A DNA stretch of 64,000 nucleotides, taken from assembly GCA_977017575.1 (NCBI GenBank), contig CDRNVI010000040.1, forward strand, positions 372,001 to 436,000, in the 5' to 3' direction. This document shows positions 1 to 10,445 of this stretch, in pieces. Numbering within the stretch: position 1 is the first letter of the stretch; the number at the start of each line of letters is the position of its first letter. The notes under the pieces were generated by a model that had not been told where the DNA came from, did no database searches, and saw only the letters and a list, made by a program, of their open reading frames with translations. The position numbers and the translations under genes were made by a program. Origin of the DNA: Paramoeba atlantica. Lineage: Eukaryota > Protista > Discosea.

Positions 1-1707
1 ATCGCTAGCGTTTTTGGGTCCAAAATCGCACGTTCTCTTACCACCGTGTCGTGGAGTTTCGAGCAGGATTCTGGCTTGGACAGCGAAGAAATGTCGAAGG
101 TGCCAACATGTATTACCGTTCAAGGGGCTTTAGGGCTTGTTGCCTCAGCGTCCTCAGCTCTACACTATCTTTTCGTCAATGGACGTCCCGTTGACATCCC
201 ACGGATCCACAAAGCGTTGTTGGCGTCTCGTATAGATCCGACTGCATCGACCTTAGCTCGAAAATCACAAACGCTATCGGTTGCCTACATATTGAACATG
301 AACATGGAAGATTCAGGAAGATCTGTTGATTATAATGTAACCCCTGATAAGCGAACGGTCATTCTACACGATGAGGCAGTCCTTGCTGACTTGCTGCACC
401 GACATGCTGCAGCTCATTTTCAGGAACAACGAAGTACTGAAAAGCGCCAATATTCTATGTGCACGCCGACAGTCTCAGCGGTTGGTCAAGAAATCACGAC
501 TCCAATACAGAAGAAGGTAAACAGCAGTCTTGCTTATCGTACTCGAGACTCATCGTCTTCGAATGATAGGACTGGGAAGAAGAATGAATTAGATGTTACG
601 CCTTTATTTACTCCAGGACCGCTAGAATATACACCCACTGTATGGGAAAAATCAAACACGTCTAACTACAATCAAGATCGGACTATGGACAATCAAAATA
701 CAGTTACGCCACCCGTCAATATTATTGACATATCAACGAAAATTGTGGACCACGAACAGGAAGAAGCAAATATTGTAGACCCAGAAATCCGTCTTGATTT
801 TTCGCAATCGAGCTCAGATTCAAATTTGTCTGGAGATGAGAACAGTGCTCCTTTGGAAGAGTATTCGTGGACGGTTAGTACAGCAGAATGTATACTCTTT
901 GCCGACTCAAATGACAGACGCGTGATGCCACGAAACTGGTCAGTGACACCAGAAAATGTTGTCGGTCAAGATGCACCTCGCTTACTCGACCGCACTGACT
1001 TTTTGCGGATGTTCGTTCTTGGGCAATTCAACCTTGGGTTCATTCTTACGTCACTAGATGGGCAACTTTTTATAATCGATCAGCATGCTGCAGATGAGAA
1101 ACACAATTATGAATCTCTCGTTTTGGACGCGAAACGGCAGGTTCGAAAGCAGCGACTTCTTGTTCCCTACGAGCTCAGCAGTGCACTTTCCCCTCGTCAC
1201 ATAGAAATTCGAGAAATATTGCGCCAGTTAGAAAACCATGGTATTGAACTACATTGGAAAGATGTTGAATGCGTTGAAGCAGATGATTATGTTGTTTCAT
1301 CTGCTTGTCAGGTTCTATGTGTACCGACAACCATCGGAATAACATACTCTCTTTATGACGTCGAAGATGTCATCACACAACTGCTTAATACTCCCGAGTC
1401 ATCTCGGCATCAATTCAATTCTACTGAGTTCCTGCCGCAGTCAAAGAGAAATCTTGAGAGCAACAACAATAGCAAAATTAAATCGTCATGCGTAGATACG
1501 GATATAGGCACGGACTCAAATATTTTACTGTCTACTAGGGTTTATGATATGCTTGCTTCGCGCGCGTGCCGCAAGAGCATTATGATTGGCGATCCATTGG
1601 ATTTCTTGACCATGCGTAACGTAGTAAGCAGATTAGGTTCACTACAAAACCCCTGGGAATGCCCCCACGGACGTCCGACTATTAGACGGGTTGCGGTAAC
1701 AAAATAG
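1..1707 (+). CDS. PMS2: MutL-family mismatch-repair endonuclease (PMS2/PMS1-like), 5'-partial
   Basis: The frame is open from base 1. C-terminal endonuclease motifs DQHAADEK, CRKSIMIG and CPHGRPT are present. Confidence 0.9.
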   Translation: MASVFGSKIARSLTTVSWSFEQDSGLDSEEMSKVPTCITVQGALGLVASASSALHYLFVNGRPVDIPRIHKALLASRIDPTASTLARKSQTLSVAYILNMNMEDSGRSVDYNVTPDKRTVILHDEAVLADLLHRHAAAHFQEQRSTEKRQYSMCTPTVSAVGQEITTPIQKKVNSSLAYRTRDSSSSNDRTGKKNELDVTPLFTPGPLEYTPTVWEKSNTSNYNQDRTMDNQNTVTPPVNIIDISTKIVDHEQEEANIVDPEIRLDFSQSSSDSNLSGDENSAPLEEYSWTVSTAECILFADSNDRRVMPRNWSVTPENVVGQDAPRLLDRTDFLRMFVLGQFNLGFILTSLDGQLFIIDQHAADEKHNYESLVLDAKRQVRKQRLLVPYELSSALSPRHIEIREILRQLENHGIELHWKDVECVEADDYVVSSACQVLCVPTTIGITYSLYDVEDVITQLLNTPESSRHQFNSTEFLPQSKRNLESNNNSKIKSSCVDTDIGTDSNILLSTRVYDMLASRACRKSIMIGDPLDFLTMRNVVSRLGSLQNPWECPHGRPTIRRVAVTK

Positions 1708-1927
1708 AGCTGCGTAGAAATTAGAGGATATTCACACGTCCCTTCATTTTTGCTATAAATTGGTATAAAATAAGTTCGCTATAAATTTTACATGTACTTC
1801 AATGAATCTAATAGGTTAATGTACTGATGCGTAATCTAATCGAATTACTTTTCCATGTATACCTATTCGAATTTGCCTATATTACTTAAACTCTTTTAGT
1901 AAATTCGCATCTGCTAACTCAACGCAC

Positions 1928-3304
1928 ATGGTGCTTCGACAAGCCGTAAAGTGGCCACACAAATTTATCGACACAGAAGATGCTTTAAAAGCAGTTACAA
2001 AACTCTTAAAGGGTAGCGCTGCGAGTGGGAATGGGGTTGCTATCGATGTTGAAGCTTTTTGTCAAGAAAAGCACGCGAAACATCTTGGGCAAGTATCCCT
2101 ATTACAGCTCGCAGGAGCCGAGGACCCTACCGTTTATATTGTCGATGTGTTAACGCTCGGGGCCGACAGAGTTGCGCACTACGCGAAAAGAGTGTTATGC
2201 CACCCTAGTATACGGAAATACATGTTTGATTGTCGAAAGGATGTTGAAGCCTTGTCGACACAAATGGGGCTACAGCTTGCGAATGTTCTTGATCTTCAAC
2301 TTTTTCACACGGCTACGGAATGGGGTTCTAAGGGCACCAATCGACGCTCCCACTTGGATTACGTGTTGCGTCACGTCACGGGGCTCACGAGCTCAGACGA
2401 GCTGAAGTCCGTGGAGGCTGCCTTCGAGCTAGGAAAGCGTAAAGTCTGGGACGAGAGGCCGCTACCGGATCACCTCGTGGCCTACGCCGCGAATGATGTC
2501 CGTCACATGCTTGTCCTGACGGACTACCTACTGGAGAAATACCCCAAAATGGTGGACCCTGTCCTGGAGCTTACCCAAAAGTACGTCGACCACTACGCCA
2601 CCGGGATTCTCACCAAATCCGAGGTCGACCCCCAAGCCAACAAAGTCTCCCCCGACTGGCTCACCACGGTGTTCGGGGAACGCGCCCTCTGCGCCCACTG
2701 CGGGAAACCCGGCCACAACTCCTCCAACTGCTTCAACAAGGACAAAGCCATGATGAAGTGCCAGCACTGCGGCAGCCAGGGCCACCTCAGCAGTCGCTGC
2801 TTCAAGCTCCACCCCGACAAGAACAAGTGCGTGTTCTGTGGCCACGCGGGGCATCTCGAGGGGCGGTGCTACCTGCTGCACCCGTGTGAGAAGTGTGGGG
2901 GGAAGCACCCGGAGAAGACCTGCACGGGCGCCGGCCCCCGCGCCCCCACGCTCCCGGAGAAGGTCACCGCGACGGGGTTCGTACGCGCCCCGGACACCGC
3001 CGTCGCCCCGGAGATGACCACCCCGGTGGTGATGCCCGCGGAGGTCCCGGCGCGTGGGGGCCGACGCGTGGGCCCCGCCCCGGGAGGGGAGTCCCCGGGG
3101 CCGAGTACGGCGCCTCGGGGAGGGGCGATGGCCCCACGGGGGGGTGCGGTGGCCCCCGCATGGGGTGGGGACGGGGGACGGGGATGGGGGAGAGGACGCG
3201 GGGGTGGGGGAGGGGGGCCGAGCCCGTCGTCGTGGTCCGGGGGTCGGGGAAGGGGTGGGGGTGGGGGGTTTCATGAGAGTGCGCGGGGGGGAAGGGGGTG
3301 GTAG
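1928..3304 (+). CDS. DEDDy 3'-5' exonuclease (EXD1-like) with CCHC zinc knuckles and RGG tail
   Basis: ExoI AIDVEAF, ExoII FDCRKDVEAL, ExoIII YAANDV. Three CX2CX4HX4C knuckles plus one degenerate knuckle. C-terminal RGG repeats. Confidence 0.8.
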   Translation: MVLRQAVKWPHKFIDTEDALKAVTKLLKGSAASGNGVAIDVEAFCQEKHAKHLGQVSLLQLAGAEDPTVYIVDVLTLGADRVAHYAKRVLCHPSIRKYMFDCRKDVEALSTQMGLQLANVLDLQLFHTATEWGSKGTNRRSHLDYVLRHVTGLTSSDELKSVEAAFELGKRKVWDERPLPDHLVAYAANDVRHMLVLTDYLLEKYPKMVDPVLELTQKYVDHYATGILTKSEVDPQANKVSPDWLTTVFGERALCAHCGKPGHNSSNCFNKDKAMMKCQHCGSQGHLSSRCFKLHPDKNKCVFCGHAGHLEGRCYLLHPCEKCGGKHPEKTCTGAGPRAPTLPEKVTATGFVRAPDTAVAPEMTTPVVMPAEVPARGGRRVGPAPGGESPGPSTAPRGGAMAPRGGAVAPAWGGDGGRGWGRGRGGGGGGPSPSSWSGGRGRGGGGGFHESARGGRGW

Positions 3305-3657
3305 GGGCTCGAGGGTTGTGGGAAGGAAAGTGTAGTGGGTGGAGAAGTTGGTGGGTTTGTGGACTCTGTGTCTACTTTTTACAGTGTTTTCAATGAGAGA
3401 CTTCGTTTCAAATTTGCAAAAAGCTTACGAAGATGTCAGAATTCTTTTTCTAACGTTTTTCTTCAGGTACGAAACACTGCTAACCAGAATTTTCTGATGA
3501 AGTTTCAGAGTAAACTTTTAGAACGTGAATGTGAAAATTGGTGCATAGAGTGACTTAGGAAACTAAAAAAATAACCCTCTATTGTAAATTGCATATCGAA
3601 TATAGAATCCATGAAAAAAAGATTGATCAATTCCTTTCTTTCGGATTTATTTTTTGA

Positions 3658-3990
3658 ATGTCGCTTGATCGGGAGGTTTTGAAGGAAGGCGCTGGGTCTA
3701 CTCCACAGGCAGGAGACACGGTCACCGTTCACTGCACGGGGTACCTGAAGGATACAATGCAAAAGTTTTGGTCCACAAAAGATCCGGGACAGACCAGCTT
3801 TTCTTTTTGCGTTGGCCAAGGCAGAGTGATTCGCGGATGGGACGAAGGCATTCTGCAGATGAAAGTGGGCGAAAGTGCGAGGCTTACTATGAGCTCTGAG
3901 TACGCTTACGGAAGTCGTGGATTTCCTGCCTGGAAGATTCCTCCCAACGCTGCCCTTGTTTTTGACATTGAGCTCTTATCGAAAAAATAA
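3658..3990 (+). CDS. FKBP12: FKBP12-type peptidyl-prolyl isomerase
   Basis: GDTVTVHCTG, KFWST, VIRGWDEG, YAYG and IPPNAALVFDIELL motifs; 110 aa. Confidence 0.95.
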   Translation: MSLDREVLKEGAGSTPQAGDTVTVHCTGYLKDTMQKFWSTKDPGQTSFSFCVGQGRVIRGWDEGILQMKVGESARLTMSSEYAYGSRGFPAWKIPPNAALVFDIELLSKK

Positions 3991-4466
3991 CCTGGTAAAA
4001 CATCTAAAAATTAACTTAACTAGTGGTTAGGTGTATGTAGTTATCTTTATCCGACATGTATATTAAGAAGCATGCTCAATGTGGTATCTTAAGCAAGAAA
4101 AAGATATGAAGGGAATACATAGTCACCTTTTCAGTAACTTCTACTACGGGATTATCCAACTTTCTTTTACTAATTTCATCGATTCGGTACTTCATCATGC
4201 GGATGATTTGTAATAAACGAAAAGATTTCCGTAAAGACTAGTGTAGTACACGTCGAAGTTTCAGAGCATCAACATTTAAGGTACGTACTCGAATGTCCCT
4301 TTTCGAGGGACCATTTTCATCGGTTCGGTAGGGTAATGAATTTTTTCTAAAGTGTTCCTAATTTGTACATACAGATGATGTACAGATGTATATCTACAGC
4401 TACAGATATTAATTGTCATAGGTTTGTTATAGTCGTTCAATTGATTGATACATTTATGCTACATTT

Positions 4467-4961
4467 ATGATTGACACATTGCCATATGCAGAACAAGACA
4501 TTTCCGTAGCCCAAAGACAAAGGGCTCTACGTCTCATTGAAGAAGAAGCCCAGAAAACCTGCTCGTCATACGAATCAATTCCCACTTTTTCTCCAAGCTT
4601 AGAGCGAAATCAACCCCATATTCAACATCTCCTTGCGCAGAAGGATGGTAATTCTGCTATTCCGCTCATGTCACCTGAGGCGCGATATGAAGCTGAGCTA
4701 CAAGCGTATATTCGGTTGCGCCTTTCTCGTATAACGAGGGAGCAGAGCAGTTCTCTTGATAACACAACGCAGACGTTAGGCTTGGTTTTAGAAGATTACG
4801 AAGCTCGTGTCTCTCAAGAGAAAGAAAGAATCCAGCGCATAAACAAAGAACGAAAACTGGAGCACGTAGGAGCAATAAATGAAGTGCAGCTCTTGCACAA
4901 CAAAAAACGCTCTTTATACGAAAAATGCACGAGAATGAGGAATGCTCAACGATTGCTGTAA
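4467..4961 (+). CDS. SPF27: Pre-mRNA splicing factor SPF27/BCAS2-like
   Basis: N-terminal IDTLPY...ALRLIEEE and C-terminal coiled coil INKERKLEH, typical of BCAS2/SPF27. Confidence 0.65.
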   Translation: MIDTLPYAEQDISVAQRQRALRLIEEEAQKTCSSYESIPTFSPSLERNQPHIQHLLAQKDGNSAIPLMSPEARYEAELQAYIRLRLSRITREQSSSLDNTTQTLGLVLEDYEARVSQEKERIQRINKERKLEHVGAINEVQLLHNKKRSLYEKCTRMRNAQRLL

Positions 4962-5191
4962 TTAGCATTTGACCGAAATGTATCGCCTCTTTAAAAGTGC
5001 GTTGTACTATAAAATAGATCTTTAACAGTACTGAAAAACAAATGAATGTGGTAGATACATTCGTTGATTTGAATAGCAGGTGCTTTGACTAGCAGATGAT
5101 TCGACTTTGCTAACTACTTTTCCTTGCTTTGATGAGGTGGGTAAATTATTCTATTAATATTTCTACTCATTCTTGCTTTAATAACTCCAAT

Positions 5192-5560
5192 ATGCATCGC
5201 GCGGCGGCCCTTTACTGCCAAGCACAGGTTTCTGTAAAATTTCACGTTACGGGGGGGCATATGCGAGTTCTAGGTGGTACTTCTGGTCAAAGTCTTATGG
5301 AAATAGCGAAACGTCACAAGATTGATATTGAGGCGGCGTGTGATGGTACGTGCGCATGCTCCACATGCCACGTGTATTTAAAACCAGAGTGGTACGGCAA
5401 GGTTTTGCCTCCTACAGAAGACGAAAAAGACATGCTTGACTTGGCCTTAGAACTTCGCGAAGGCCAGTCAAGATTATCCTGTCAAATTTGTGTAACCCCT
5501 GAACTAAATGGAATCGAAGCAACACTTCCCGAAGAGAAACCACTTAGCCTGGTTACATGA
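5192..5560 (+). CDS. Mitochondrial-type [2Fe-2S] ferredoxin (adrenodoxin family)
   Basis: ACDGTCACSTCHV cluster motif, EKDMLDLA and SRLSCQI. ATG at 5192 is preferred over the upstream alternative start. Confidence 0.92.
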   Translation: MHRAAALYCQAQVSVKFHVTGGHMRVLGGTSGQSLMEIAKRHKIDIEAACDGTCACSTCHVYLKPEWYGKVLPPTEDEKDMLDLALELREGQSRLSCQICVTPELNGIEATLPEEKPLSLVT

Positions 5561-6140
5561 GCAATAAGGTGGTGACGCAAGAACGTTCATTCTGACTCGA
5601 TGGTAAGACAGAACATTTAGCAACAGGGAAACCCCCTATCTTCGTGAAAATGACAGCCCTATCGTACGCGCTGCCTTTTTCCTTTCCATGTCATGCGTGT
5701 TCGAATCCTGTTCTGGATTTTTCTCCGAAAGCGAATTTTGCTGGACCGTTTTTGAGGCTCTTGCTAAGTAGCTCATTCTGTGATCACAAACCAAATACAT
5801 CATAGGGGCACGTGCTACTGGCAAAGCCTTCAACGAGAGGTTCAATTGGAGAGATTCATGGCAATTGTATTTAGACATCTGCAGATAAAATCAATATAAA
5901 GCATAATTCTATGTGAATTAATTAAATACTATTTGATTACATTGTACTACATGTATGCATGTATCAGATGACCAGAAAAATAGCAGGGCTAAAAATTGTC
6001 TCTAAAAAGGTGATAGGATTTAAGGAGGGGGGGAACTATAAAACATTTTATAGAAAAAATGGTACTTATACAGACTCTTAGATACTGTAAATAATACAGT
6101 CCTATGTTATTTTTATTTATTCGCTGTGGAATGTTTACTC

Positions 6141-7484
6141 ATGAAAAACAACCCTGATCGGTCACAGAGTCTGGAACTCGATCGTAGATCAGTTTGCCCT
6201 CTGCATTACACTATTGATCCTCTCACACCTGTTACGAAACCACATCTTTCAGCCCCTGATAACAGTGGTTCTCAATTGCCCTTTTCCTGTCTCACTGACT
6301 ATGAAAACCTCTCAACTAAGATGCTAGAAAAAGAAGAGAATTTTTTTCAAGCTTTACAGGCTGTTCGGGCCGTATATTATGATTCTTTGCAAAAATCTAA
6401 CATTTTACAAGGAGAATTTGTGCATCAAATTTTCGGAAATTATATTGCTATTTATAACTTTGTGGAACAATTATCGCGATCGACTTCATCCACTGCTCTT
6501 CTTGACGCAGTTCTCTCTAGAGATGGCACTCCACTTGAAGAATTCGCTATTCATTTCGCAGTGCACACCCAGCCTCTTTTGCTGCACTGCCCAGAAATCT
6601 TGCAAGACTCTTTTCGACAGTGTCAAGAAATCTCTAGAGAGCAGTCTAGACCACAAATTCGATCCACTACGCCCGCCATTGGTGATCTCTTCTCTCCCGT
6701 AGAACCGCAAGAATGTGGTGGACTTCGCTCAGGTGTTAGCGTATGTGACGCAGAAACCGAACCTTCCATAGCTAGTACGGAGCGGACTTTATCTCGGCTT
6801 ACCGCTCGAAACGCCTCGAGCACTGATAGCTCAACGCCTAGTCCCCGTGTAGACTACCACGCCCTTCTGAGTGCTACGCTGAAAAAGATAACTCCTCATC
6901 CCTTCTTTGATCCTTCCTTACTTCCGATACACTGCTCTCAGTTGTATACGGTACTTGCCCTTGCTGCCACAAGGACATCATGGTACCGATACTGCGCACA
7001 TGCTCTTCGGTATCCTCGCGCCAATGAATTTGATGCGATTACACGAAAGATATCGGTGCAAATCTCATCCCATGTGTCAAGAAGACACGCAGAAAAACTC
7101 GAAAGCCAATTTTCGGGTGATGCCTTGCCACGAAATCAAGCACGGGAATTGTTGTTTGATTGCACAGTCATGATGCTTGCATTTGCTTTTCGTCGAAAAC
7201 GTCATTTATTCTTATGCAATGATGTCCTTGTGATAGGGTCGTTGGAATCTAAAGGAAAATCTAAAGTGCAAAAGGTTTTTGGTATATCTCCAGATTTAAT
7301 CATGGAAGCAAAGCCTGATTCCTACCACAAGCAGCAATACAATGTGTTAACTGTGCAAGAGCATGGTAAATCTTGGACATTGCTCTTCGAATCTGCAGAG
7401 GAACGAGATATGATTTTATCGCTTGTTGATGGTCAGCGTAAAAGAGACAACGCCCGCCCTATCTACCCCCACAAAAATGCATAG
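6141..7484 (+). CDS. DH/PH-like protein (RhoGEF-like helical region plus C-terminal PH domain)
   Basis: RKRHLFLCNDVLVIG and SWTLLFESAEERDMIL resemble the PH domain of DH-PH proteins. N-terminal EKEENFFQAL...FGNY resembles the DH start. Confidence 0.5.
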   Translation: MKNNPDRSQSLELDRRSVCPLHYTIDPLTPVTKPHLSAPDNSGSQLPFSCLTDYENLSTKMLEKEENFFQALQAVRAVYYDSLQKSNILQGEFVHQIFGNYIAIYNFVEQLSRSTSSTALLDAVLSRDGTPLEEFAIHFAVHTQPLLLHCPEILQDSFRQCQEISREQSRPQIRSTTPAIGDLFSPVEPQECGGLRSGVSVCDAETEPSIASTERTLSRLTARNASSTDSSTPSPRVDYHALLSATLKKITPHPFFDPSLLPIHCSQLYTVLALAATRTSWYRYCAHALRYPRANEFDAITRKISVQISSHVSRRHAEKLESQFSGDALPRNQARELLFDCTVMMLAFAFRRKRHLFLCNDVLVIGSLESKGKSKVQKVFGISPDLIMEAKPDSYHKQQYNVLTVQEHGKSWTLLFESAEERDMILSLVDGQRKRDNARPIYPHKNA

Positions 7485-7693
7485 CAACAATATAGCACTA
7501 TAGAGTCAAGCGAGTTCATCTTCGTTTCAACAAAGCACCGTTTTATCTTTACAGTATAATTATTTATTTACACGTATCTGTACCCTACCAGTAGTCAAGC
7601 TAATTCTTTTCCGAAACGAATTGTACGTACACGAAACGAATTGTATAACCTGTCGTAGTTATTGTTGTCTATTGTACATATTCTTGTCCCCGT

Positions 7694-8851
7694 ATGAGCA
7701 TGTCCAACGCTTCAAAACCAGCTGATTATGATACCTGTAATACCGGTGCAAAAGCGTTATTTCAGGCAGGAAAATTTGGCAAAGCCGTCGAAGCATGGAG
7801 CAATTGCATAAAGCTGTTTCCTACGGAATATCTGCTGTATAGTAACCGCAGTGCAGCTTATCTAAAGCTTTCAAATGGGAAACAAGCTCTTGCTGATGCG
7901 GAAAAAGTGACGGTACTGTGTCCGAGCTTTGCGAAAGGATGGCACAGAAAAGGGGCTGCGCTTGAATTTCTTTGTAGGTTCAAAGAATCGGCTGAGTGTT
8001 ATGATAAAGCTCATGCTCTAGATAGTTCATCAGAGACGTACAGAACGGATGCCGAACGAGTCAGAAAAATACTCCGGAACTCATCTACTGCTAAGAAAGA
8101 TGATTTTTACAAGTCTCAACATCAGACAAGAGGGAAGCAGTGTTTCTGTGACGGTGAGTATGAAATGGCTGTGCGTCACTACACAAAAGGCATATCTCTA
8201 GACCCGACAGATCACATGTGGTATAGTAACCGTAGTGCCTGTTTTCTGAAGCTAGAGCAGTATTCGTCTGCCGAGAGCGATGCGAGAAAGTGCATAGAAT
8301 TGTTCCCTCAATATTCGAAGGCACAAGGCAGGCTCGGTTACGCTCTCCTTGGAGTAAAGTTATGGGCCGACGCAGAGAGCGCTTTTCGCACGGGTTTGAA
8401 ACTTGAGAGTGAGGAAACTCCCCTAAAAAATAATTCAGCAAGAATGTCGTATTGCGCAGAAGGACTAGAGAACCTACGACAGCAAAAAGAAGACGAAAAG
8501 ACACAAGAGAACGAAACGCTAGAACAAGAAAAAGTTGAAGCTGAATCTGCGATGCAGAATCCTTCCGATCTTCCGATGGCTACTCCAAACGAAGTGTGTT
8601 CAAAGTGTGGTTTCGTGGGACACACAAAGAAGGATTGTACCACGGCTATGACTGATAGCAGATTGCCATCTCGTCACGCAGTAGGGTATGACTATTGCAA
8701 GTATTGCAATGAGATAGGGCATACAGCCGCCCAATGTGCTCGGCGAATCGTAAACTCTGTGAAGAGGCCCAGGGAGGTACGATGCAGCATTTGTAATGGG
8801 TGGAATCACACAGCTCAAAGCTGTCCAAATAGAGAAGCGTATGGTTGGTAG
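7694..8851 (+). CDS. STI1/HOP-like TPR protein with three C-terminal CCHC zinc knuckles
   Basis: Two TPR clusters (LYSNRSAAYLKL, WYSNRSACFLKL), then CSKCGFVGHTKKDC, CKYCNEIGHTAAQC and CSICNGWNHTAQSC. Confidence 0.8.
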   Translation: MSMSNASKPADYDTCNTGAKALFQAGKFGKAVEAWSNCIKLFPTEYLLYSNRSAAYLKLSNGKQALADAEKVTVLCPSFAKGWHRKGAALEFLCRFKESAECYDKAHALDSSSETYRTDAERVRKILRNSSTAKKDDFYKSQHQTRGKQCFCDGEYEMAVRHYTKGISLDPTDHMWYSNRSACFLKLEQYSSAESDARKCIELFPQYSKAQGRLGYALLGVKLWADAESAFRTGLKLESEETPLKNNSARMSYCAEGLENLRQQKEDEKTQENETLEQEKVEAESAMQNPSDLPMATPNEVCSKCGFVGHTKKDCTTAMTDSRLPSRHAVGYDYCKYCNEIGHTAAQCARRIVNSVKRPREVRCSICNGWNHTAQSCPNREAYGW

Positions 8852-9060
8852 TGTTCTTGTTCTATAGTTGCAATTATTTAAGGAACTGATAGGTATTATT
8901 AGTTCCTGGCGTTTACACTTCATCGGCGTCTCTGTGACTAAAGTTCTTTTGTGTTCGTACCTTTTTTAGTGGTTTTCTAATTTCGTCTCCGAAACACCGC
9001 GTCATGTATCACATTATTTTTTCTACTTGACGAATATTCTATTTTTTTTCAATATGTAGT

Positions 9061-10242
9061 ATGAAGCTCAGAACATGGTACAATGTCGGCATTCGTCACG
9101 AACCACACTCTTTAAACGGCTCGTGTCTTCGCATTCTACCTACTTCACATACCAGGTTTAGTATAACTCATTTTTCTCCCACAAAGCCTACCCACTATTC
9201 CAAGTGCGTGCTGTTTTGGACAAATTCCCGATGTTTTGGGTGGTCTTCCAACTCCTCCACTTCCCGGTACGACATCGACCCCTTTGACACGACCCCAGGA
9301 CCGATACGCGTAGAGGAGTACATTGTCCCTCGCCGTTCTATGCTGGAGCGGTTGGACGACACGTATGATTGGGCTAAGGAATCCCTCTCCCCTGCCCTCC
9401 TCCAGCGCCAGGGTCTGGAATATTTCCACGATTGGGGATATGGATGGGGGTTTGCGTTTATAATATGGGGAGTTGTCATGCGTCTGTTTACGCTTTTTCC
9501 CTCACTCTATGCGAATCGAAATGCGCTGCGTTTGGCGCATATTCAGCCGGAGTTAAACATTATTAACGATCGCATGAGGCGAGCCCGAAAGGACAAGAAG
9601 ATGCCCATAGCTGAAAGAAAGGTTATTATACAAAGCGCAAAACGACAGAGATCGGTTTTGTTTAAAAAGCATAAGTGCAGCCAACGACGCGCCTTTATAC
9701 AAATGTTGACGATTCCCGTAGTCTCTTCTGCTTTTGTTGCCATTCAGAACATGGTATCTTACAATGACGAACTGGAATCCGAAACTTTCTTGTGGCTCAC
9801 AGATCTAACAATGCCAGATACTACTTACGGGGTGCAACTTGCATGTGTTTCAATGTTTATGCTCAATTTCGAGCTTAATCAAGCACTCAACAGAGGGGGG
9901 CGATCCCCATCGCAACTTTTTCTTCTCTGGGGCATGCGCTTGGCTACCTGTGCAATGGTTTACTTCAGCGCGAATCAACCGAGTGCTGTATTTCTCTACT
10001 GGATGGGGATGTCTTTGTGTGGATTTGCACAGCCCATGCTTCTGAGATGGCATCCGTTTCGCACATTTTTCAAATACCCGGATCCTCCAGAGACGGTAAC
10101 GAAGCATAGGAAAAAGGATTGGCTAATGATTTTTCTTGGATATTGGAATCAATCTTTGGTCGATAAACCAGATACACGTCCTCTAAAAACAGTGCACGAC
10201 GTTCAAGTTGTATTCGACAGTGACATTAAGACGAAAAGGTAA
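9061..10242 (+). CDS. OXA1: Oxa1/YidC/Alb3 membrane insertase, mitochondrial
   Basis: GWGFAFIIWGVVMRLFTLFP, coiled-coil hairpin, FLWLTDLTMPD and AVFLYW motifs. Confidence 0.85.
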   Translation: MKLRTWYNVGIRHEPHSLNGSCLRILPTSHTRFSITHFSPTKPTHYSKCVLFWTNSRCFGWSSNSSTSRYDIDPFDTTPGPIRVEEYIVPRRSMLERLDDTYDWAKESLSPALLQRQGLEYFHDWGYGWGFAFIIWGVVMRLFTLFPSLYANRNALRLAHIQPELNIINDRMRRARKDKKMPIAERKVIIQSAKRQRSVLFKKHKCSQRRAFIQMLTIPVVSSAFVAIQNMVSYNDELESETFLWLTDLTMPDTTYGVQLACVSMFMLNFELNQALNRGGRSPSQLFLLWGMRLATCAMVYFSANQPSAVFLYWMGMSLCGFAQPMLLRWHPFRTFFKYPDPPETVTKHRKKDWLMIFLGYWNQSLVDKPDTRPLKTVHDVQVVFDSDIKTKR

Positions 10243-10445
10243 TACTACTAGGTTATTTATTCGTGGTATCGTATTTCTAAAATATACTTGTCACCCTCGA
10301 TTCACATTTCTTTCTTGTTCACACGTTTAACGAATGACGATATTAAGTACACTAACTTAGTCTAGTTTCTTTGAAAAGGTGTACGCACACACATTACGAC
10401 CCATAGAATTGTGCTGAATTGGAGCATTCATAAACCCTATTTTTC

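Noticed and set aside
2528-3335. Overlapping and antisense Pro/Gly/Arg-rich ORFs (also at 17618-18410, 18868-19837, 36863-38023)
   Set aside because: These are shadow ORFs of the GC-skew islands (few stop codons). The real genes are identifiable by conserved motifs in another frame.
5699-5708. tRNA gene around GTTCGAATCC
   Set aside because: Isolated B-box match; the flanks do not form a T stem or cloverleaf.
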